This document shows positions 59,502 to 64,000 of a stretch of DNA of 64,000 bases, piece by piece. The notes beneath the pieces are model-generated. The model saw only the letters and a list, made by a program, of their open reading frames with translations, searched no databases and was not told the origin of the DNA. The translations under genes were made by a program, and so were the position numbers. The DNA is from Parachlamydiales bacterium (GTDB lineage: Bacteria; Chlamydiota; Chlamydiia; Chlamydiales; SM23-39). Each line of letters starts with the position of its first letter. Within the stretch, counting starts at the first letter, position 1. The stretch covers positions 320,342 to 384,341 of the forward strand of contig JBNLAH010000001.1 of NCBI GenBank assembly GCA_050302075.1, given 5' to 3'.

Positions 59502-61265
59502 ATGCAAGATCAAGATTTAGGAAAAGGTACAGTTATCAAAGCACTTGGTAACTTGCTCCAAGTAAGATTTGAAGGAAATGTAAGACAAGGTGAGATGTCT
59601 GTCATAAAACTGAAAGGCAGTAATCTAGCTGCAGAAGTTATTGAAGTTTCAGGTGATGAGGTTAAACTACAAGTATTTGAAGATACATCAGGAGTAAAAT
59701 TAGGAACCCAAGTAGAGTTTTTAGGACACTTACTAGAAGCAGAATTGGGACCTGGATTACTTTCTGTGGTTTTTGATGGCCTTCAGAATCCTCTTGAAAA
59801 AGTAGCTGAAGAAACAGGCATTTATCTTGAAAGAGGGGTTTATATAAAACCGCTGGACAGAGAGAAAAAATGGGATTTTCTTCCCTCAGCTAAGGTTGGA
59901 GATACTCTTGAAAGGGGAGATGTACTTGGAGTTGTTAAAGAAAGCCATTTTGACCACATAGTTACTGTTCCATATCAACGGTTTGGTAAATATAAGATAA
60001 CCTGGGTTGCAGATAAAGGTTTTTATAGAGTAACTGATGCCATAGTTAAGGCAAAAGATGAATCTGGAAATGAAATTGAATTCCAAATGCTGCAAAAGTG
60101 GCCAGTAAAAACTCCTTTAATGGTTGGACAGAAGATAAAACCTTATGAAATGATGGATACCGGACTTAGGATTTTAGATACTCAGTTTCCGGTAATTAAA
60201 GGGGGAACATTCTGCTCACCTGGGCCATTTGGAGCCGGAAAGACCGTTATGCAACACCATCTTTCAAAATATTCCTCAGTTGATATTGTTATTGTAGTTG
60301 CCTGCGGTGAAAGAGCTGGTGAAGTTGTTGAAATGTTAAAAACCTTCCCAACGCTTATGGACGAGAGGACAAATGAGCCTTTGATGAATCGTACAGTAGT
60401 TATATGTAATACGTCCTCAATGCCAGTTGCTGCAAGAGAGGCCTCTGTATATATGGGTACTACTATAGCTGAGTACTATAGGCAAATGGGATTGAATGTG
60501 CTTCTACTTGCGGACTCAACATCTAGATGGGCTCAGGCTATGAGAGAGATGTCTGGAAGATTGGAAGAAATACCAGGAGAAGAAGCTTTTCCAGCTTACT
60601 TAGCTTCTAGAATAGCTTCATTTTATGAAAGATCAGGAGTTGTATCCCTAAAAAATGGAAAACAGGGATCACTTACTATTGGGGGAAGCGTATCTCCAGC
60701 TGGAGGTAATTTTGAAGAGCCGGTAACTCAGTCTTCTTTGGCTGTAGTAGGTGCTTTTCACGGTCTTTCACGAGCAAGGTCTGACGCAAGAAGGTATCCA
60801 GCTGTAGATCCTTTAATTTCTTGGTCAAAATATATTGACCGTGTAGGAGTTGATCTATCAAAAAAATCAAGTAATTGGGCGTTCAAAGTAAAAAATGCAG
60901 CTGATATTCTGGCCGAAGGTGATGAAATTTCAAAACGTATGGAAGTAGTGGGTGAAGAGGGTATATCAATAGAAGATATGGTGACCTTCTTGAAGGCAGA
61001 GCTATATGATATCGTATATCTTCAACAAAATGCTTTTGACAAAGAAGATGCATTTTGTCCATTGGATCGTCAAATTGAATTGTTTGAGATCATCAACAAA
61101 ATTTTCGAGCTAAAGTTCATCTTTGATACACATGATGAAGCTAGATCCTACTTTTTATCCTTGCAGAATATGATTAAAGATATCAATTACCTTTCTTATC
61201 AATCAGAAGATTATAAAAAGGGAATAAAGGCGATCGATGAAAAAATTAATCAAGCGAGGCACTAA
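59502..61265 (+). CDS. atpA: V-type ATP synthase subunit A
   Basis: [28 protein letters not shown]. Confidence 0.98.
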   Translation: MQDQDLGKGTVIKALGNLLQVRFEGNVRQGEMSVIKLKGSNLAAEVIEVSGDEVKLQVFEDTSGVKLGTQVEFLGHLLEAELGPGLLSVVFDGLQNPLEKVAEETGIYLERGVYIKPLDREKKWDFLPSAKVGDTLERGDVLGVVKESHFDHIVTVPYQRFGKYKITWVADKGFYRVTDAIVKAKDESGNEIEFQMLQKWPVKTPLMVGQKIKPYEMMDTGLRILDTQFPVIKGGTFCSPGPFGAGKTVMQHHLSKYSSVDIVIVVACGERAGEVVEMLKTFPTLMDERTNEPLMNRTVVICNTSSMPVAAREASVYMGTTIAEYYRQMGLNVLLLADSTSRWAQAMREMSGRLEEIPGEEAFPAYLASRIASFYERSGVVSLKNGKQGSLTIGGSVSPAGGNFEEPVTQSSLAVVGAFHGLSRARSDARRYPAVDPLISWSKYIDRVGVDLSKKSSNWAFKVKNAADILAEGDEISKRMEVVGEEGISIEDMVTFLKAELYDIVYLQQNAFDKEDAFCPLDRQIELFEIINKIFELKFIFDTHDEARSYFLSLQNMIKDINYLSYQSEDYKKGIKAIDEKINQARH

Positions 61266-61267
61266 AC

Positions 61268-62572
61268 ATGAGACAAATATATGACCGTATTTTAGATATT
61301 CGAGGCAACTTAATCACGGTGTCTGCTGAGAAAAAAAGCTTGGGAGAACTTGCGATTATTCATAAGTCTGATGGTCGCCAAATACTTGCCTCAGTTTTAA
61401 GATTTGATAACGAACTAGTCACTTTGCAAGTATTTGAAAATGCAAGGGGAATTTCTACTGGTGATAAAGTTACTTTTTTAAGTCACCCCATGAAAAGTCC
61501 TTTTGGAACATCCTTGTTGGGTCGGAGATTAAATGGGCAAGGGGAACCAATTGATGGTGGACCTAAGGTTTTGCAAGAAGAGATAGAAATAAACACACCT
61601 TCTTTCAATCCAACAAGAAGAGTAGTACCAAAGGATATGGTTAAGACTAACATACCGATGATCGATGTTTTTAACTGCTTGGTCAAATCTCAGAAAATTC
61701 CAATCTTCTCTGTTGCCGGGGAACCGTATAATGCTCTTTTAATGAGGATAGCCAACCAAACTGATGCCGATGTGGTAATTATTGGTGGGATGGGCCTTAG
61801 ATTTGATGACTACCAAGCCTTTATTGACAATGCTGAGACTGCAGGTTCAATGGAAAAGACAACGATGTTTATTCATAGAGCCACAGACTCTCCAGTTGAA
61901 TGTTTACTTGTTCCAGACATGTCACTTGCTTGTGCTGAGAAATTCGCAATTGAAGGAAAATCTGTTTTAGTCTTGTTAACTGACATGACAGCTTTTGCTG
62001 ATGCAATTAAAGAGATATCGATAACAATGGACCTTATTCCATCTAACCGTGGTTATCCAGGATCACTGTACTCTGACTTAGCATCAAGATATGAAAAAGC
62101 AGTTGATATTGAAGGCAGTGGAGCTATAACAATTATATCTGTGACGACTATGCCTGGTGGAGATGTGACCCATCCAATTCCTGATAACACAGGTTATATT
62201 ACAGAAGGACAATTTTATCTTCATGATGGAGTTATTGATCCATTTGGTTCTTTGTCTAGACTAAAGCAACAAGTTATTGGAAAAGTAACTAGAGAAGACC
62301 ATGGCGATTTAGCAAACAATATGATTAGACTTTATGCCGATTCAAAAAAAGCTAAAGAGAGGCAAGCAATGGGCTTCAAGCTTTCCAAATGGGATGAGAA
62401 GCTGCTTCATTATTCACAGTTATTTGAAGATAAAATGATGAATCTAGAAGTTAATATTTCTCTAGAAGAAGCTCTTGATTTAGGTTGGCAAATTCTATCA
62501 GAGTGCTTTTCAAAAGATGAAGTAACGATAAAAAAACAGCTTTCCGATAAATATTGGCCTCAAGAAAGGTAA
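61268..62572 (+). CDS. atpB: V-type ATP synthase subunit B
   Basis: [33 protein letters not shown]. Confidence 0.98.
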   Translation: MRQIYDRILDIRGNLITVSAEKKSLGELAIIHKSDGRQILASVLRFDNELVTLQVFENARGISTGDKVTFLSHPMKSPFGTSLLGRRLNGQGEPIDGGPKVLQEEIEINTPSFNPTRRVVPKDMVKTNIPMIDVFNCLVKSQKIPIFSVAGEPYNALLMRIANQTDADVVIIGGMGLRFDDYQAFIDNAETAGSMEKTTMFIHRATDSPVECLLVPDMSLACAEKFAIEGKSVLVLLTDMTAFADAIKEISITMDLIPSNRGYPGSLYSDLASRYEKAVDIEGSGAITIISVTTMPGGDVTHPIPDNTGYITEGQFYLHDGVIDPFGSLSRLKQQVIGKVTREDHGDLANNMIRLYADSKKAKERQAMGFKLSKWDEKLLHYSQLFEDKMMNLEVNISLEEALDLGWQILSECFSKDEVTIKKQLSDKYWPQER

Positions 62573-62576
62573 AAAA

Positions 62577-63191
62577 TTGGCTCAGGTAAAATTTACAAAA
62601 AGTGAACTTAGATCTCAGCAGTTAAAGCTAGCTCAGCTTGAAAAATATCTGCCTACTTTGCAACTTAAAAAGGCTATGCTTCAACTAGAGGTTAACCAGT
62701 GCGCTGCAGAGCTTGATGATGCTGAGAATAAATTTTCTTCAGTTAGAGCAAGTGTTGAATCTTTTGCGCCACTTTTGGGTGAAAAAATTGATTTTAACGT
62801 TTTAGAGCAATCTGAGGTTGAAAGCATAAAAAAAGATTATGAGAACATCGCAGGAGTTGAAATTCCAACTTTTCAGGATATGGAATTCAAAGCTGCTGAT
62901 TATTTTTTATTTGACACTCCAATATGGGCTGATGCTGTTTTAAACAAAATAAAAGAGCTGTTAAGAGCTAAAGAGATAGTGAAAATAATTCGCGAGAAGA
63001 AAAGGGCTTTATATGCAGAGCTTCGCGAGGTTTCTATCAGAGTTAACCTATTTGAAAAAATTTTAATCCCCCGAACTAAAGAGAATATTAAAAAGATTAA
63101 AATTTTTCTCGGAGATCAACAACTTGCTGAAATTGCGCAGGCAAAAGTGGCTAAGTCAAAACTAGAAGCTAGAAAGGTTGAGTCAATATGA
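62577..63191 (+). CDS. atpD: V-type ATP synthase subunit D
   Basis: LPTLQLKK, RVNLFEKILIP. Confidence 0.95.
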   Translation: MAQVKFTKSELRSQQLKLAQLEKYLPTLQLKKAMLQLEVNQCAAELDDAENKFSSVRASVESFAPLLGEKIDFNVLEQSEVESIKKDYENIAGVEIPTFQDMEFKAADYFLFDTPIWADAVLNKIKELLRAKEIVKIIREKKRALYAELREVSIRVNLFEKILIPRTKENIKKIKIFLGDQQLAEIAQAKVAKSKLEARKVESI

Positions 63192-64000
63192 TTATTAATG
63201 TGAAAAAATATCTTATTTTTGGCTTAAGTGATGAAATGAAAGGCTTTTTTAAAAAGGTACAAAAAGCAGGGTTTGTTGAGTTCATTTCATATAAGTCAAA
63301 ACTTAAAGAGTTTTCCTCAGATGTCAGTGATATTGTAAATTCAATTAAGATATTGAAAAAACAACCTGTACTTTCACAAGAAAGCTCTCCAATTGAAGGC
63401 ATTACTTTAGCAAAAACTATTCTTCAGTCTCAGCAAAACATTCAACAACTAGAAGATAAGAAAAAACACCTTCTAGCAGAAATTGCAAGAGTCTCTCCTT
63501 TTGGTGACTTCTCTTTGGAAGACCTAGAAGAAGTTATGAACGAAGGAAATAGAGTAATACAATTTTTAGCAGCTAAAAAAGAAAAGATTAATAAAGAAAA
63601 GCTTCCACCCGAAGTCTTATATGTCAGTACAGCCTATGATTTGGATTATTTTATAGCGATTAACAAGGATAAAAAAAGCTATCCAAAAATGATCGAAATG
63701 CAAATAGATGAACCAGTTGGAATGTTGAGGTCAAAGCTTCAATTTACTGAAAAACAAATCAAGTCTGAATCAGATAATTTAAAAAGTTATGCAAAATATA
63801 CTGACTATCTAAAAGAAGAGCTGAAGCTGCATTTAAACAAGCAAAGTTTAAATCAAGCAAAAGACTCAGCTAGCTTTCAAATGAATGAGAAGGTTTTTGC
63901 AGTAGAGGCGTGGATACCTAATAATAAATTAAATCATTTCAAAAACATTGTAAAAGATAGCAGCATAGAATTTGAAGAGGTACAAGTTGAGCCAAAAGAC
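63188..64000 (+). CDS. atpI: V-type ATP synthase subunit I, 5' part running off the window
   Basis: ATG at 63188 overlapping the atpD stop; MIINVKKYLIFG...QKAGFVEFI...PFGDF...FAVEAWIP. Confidence 0.88.
   Translation, partial: MIINVKKYLIFGLSDEMKGFFKKVQKAGFVEFISYKSKLKEFSSDVSDIVNSIKILKKQPVLSQESSPIEGITLAKTILQSQQNIQQLEDKKKHLLAEIARVSPFGDFSLEDLEEVMNEGNRVIQFLAAKKEKINKEKLPPEVLYVSTAYDLDYFIAINKDKKSYPKMIEMQIDEPVGMLRSKLQFTEKQIKSESDNLKSYAKYTDYLKEELKLHLNKQSLNQAKDSASFQMNEKVFAVEAWIPNNKLNHFKNIVKDSSIEFEEVQVEPKD

Noticed and set aside
42890-63402. Many 60-170 aa antisense or alternative-frame ORFs inside tuf, rpl, rpoB, tal and atp genes
   Set aside because: They lie within highly conserved genes, have no motifs, and are explained by codon bias on the coding strand.

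Overview
AT-rich bacterial chromosome segment, most likely from an environmental member of the phylum Chlamydiae. The gene order infA-tRNA-Thr-tuf-tRNA-Trp-secE-nusG-rplKAJL-rpoBC-tal-V-type ATPase and neighbours such as a DUF1207-like, MYG1, HIT and HEAT-repeat gene fit this. Positions ~31.9-64 kb are core genome. Positions 1-31.8 kb are accessory and have three notable parts. (1) A tandem array of integrated elements at the 3' half of a CAT-anticodon tRNA (31759-31832, minus strand), marked by three copies of a 53-bp att repeat (18738, 22183, 31750). The intact ~9.5-kb element carries a tyrosine integrase, a TOPRIM primase/AAA_25 helicase, a TGAGAC iteron cluster, an apicoplast-PREX/Aquificae-like family A DNA polymerase, an HGGxSTG gene pair, a degenerate chlamydial-plasmid-like recombinase and an ankyrin cargo gene, with no capsid or conjugation genes. 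A decayed 3.4-kb element and an older remnant follow it. (2) A coupled three-gene operon (isoprenoid-synthase-like protein with a mitochondrial-presequence-like N-terminus, RtxC/GntB-like His-box desaturase, Cys/Met PLP enzyme) converging on a eukaryote-type mitochondrial carrier, with LysE and APC transporter genes nearby. (3) A type IIIA H+-ATPase and several orphan effector-like ORFs. All family assignments come from motifs read by eye; no database searches were run.
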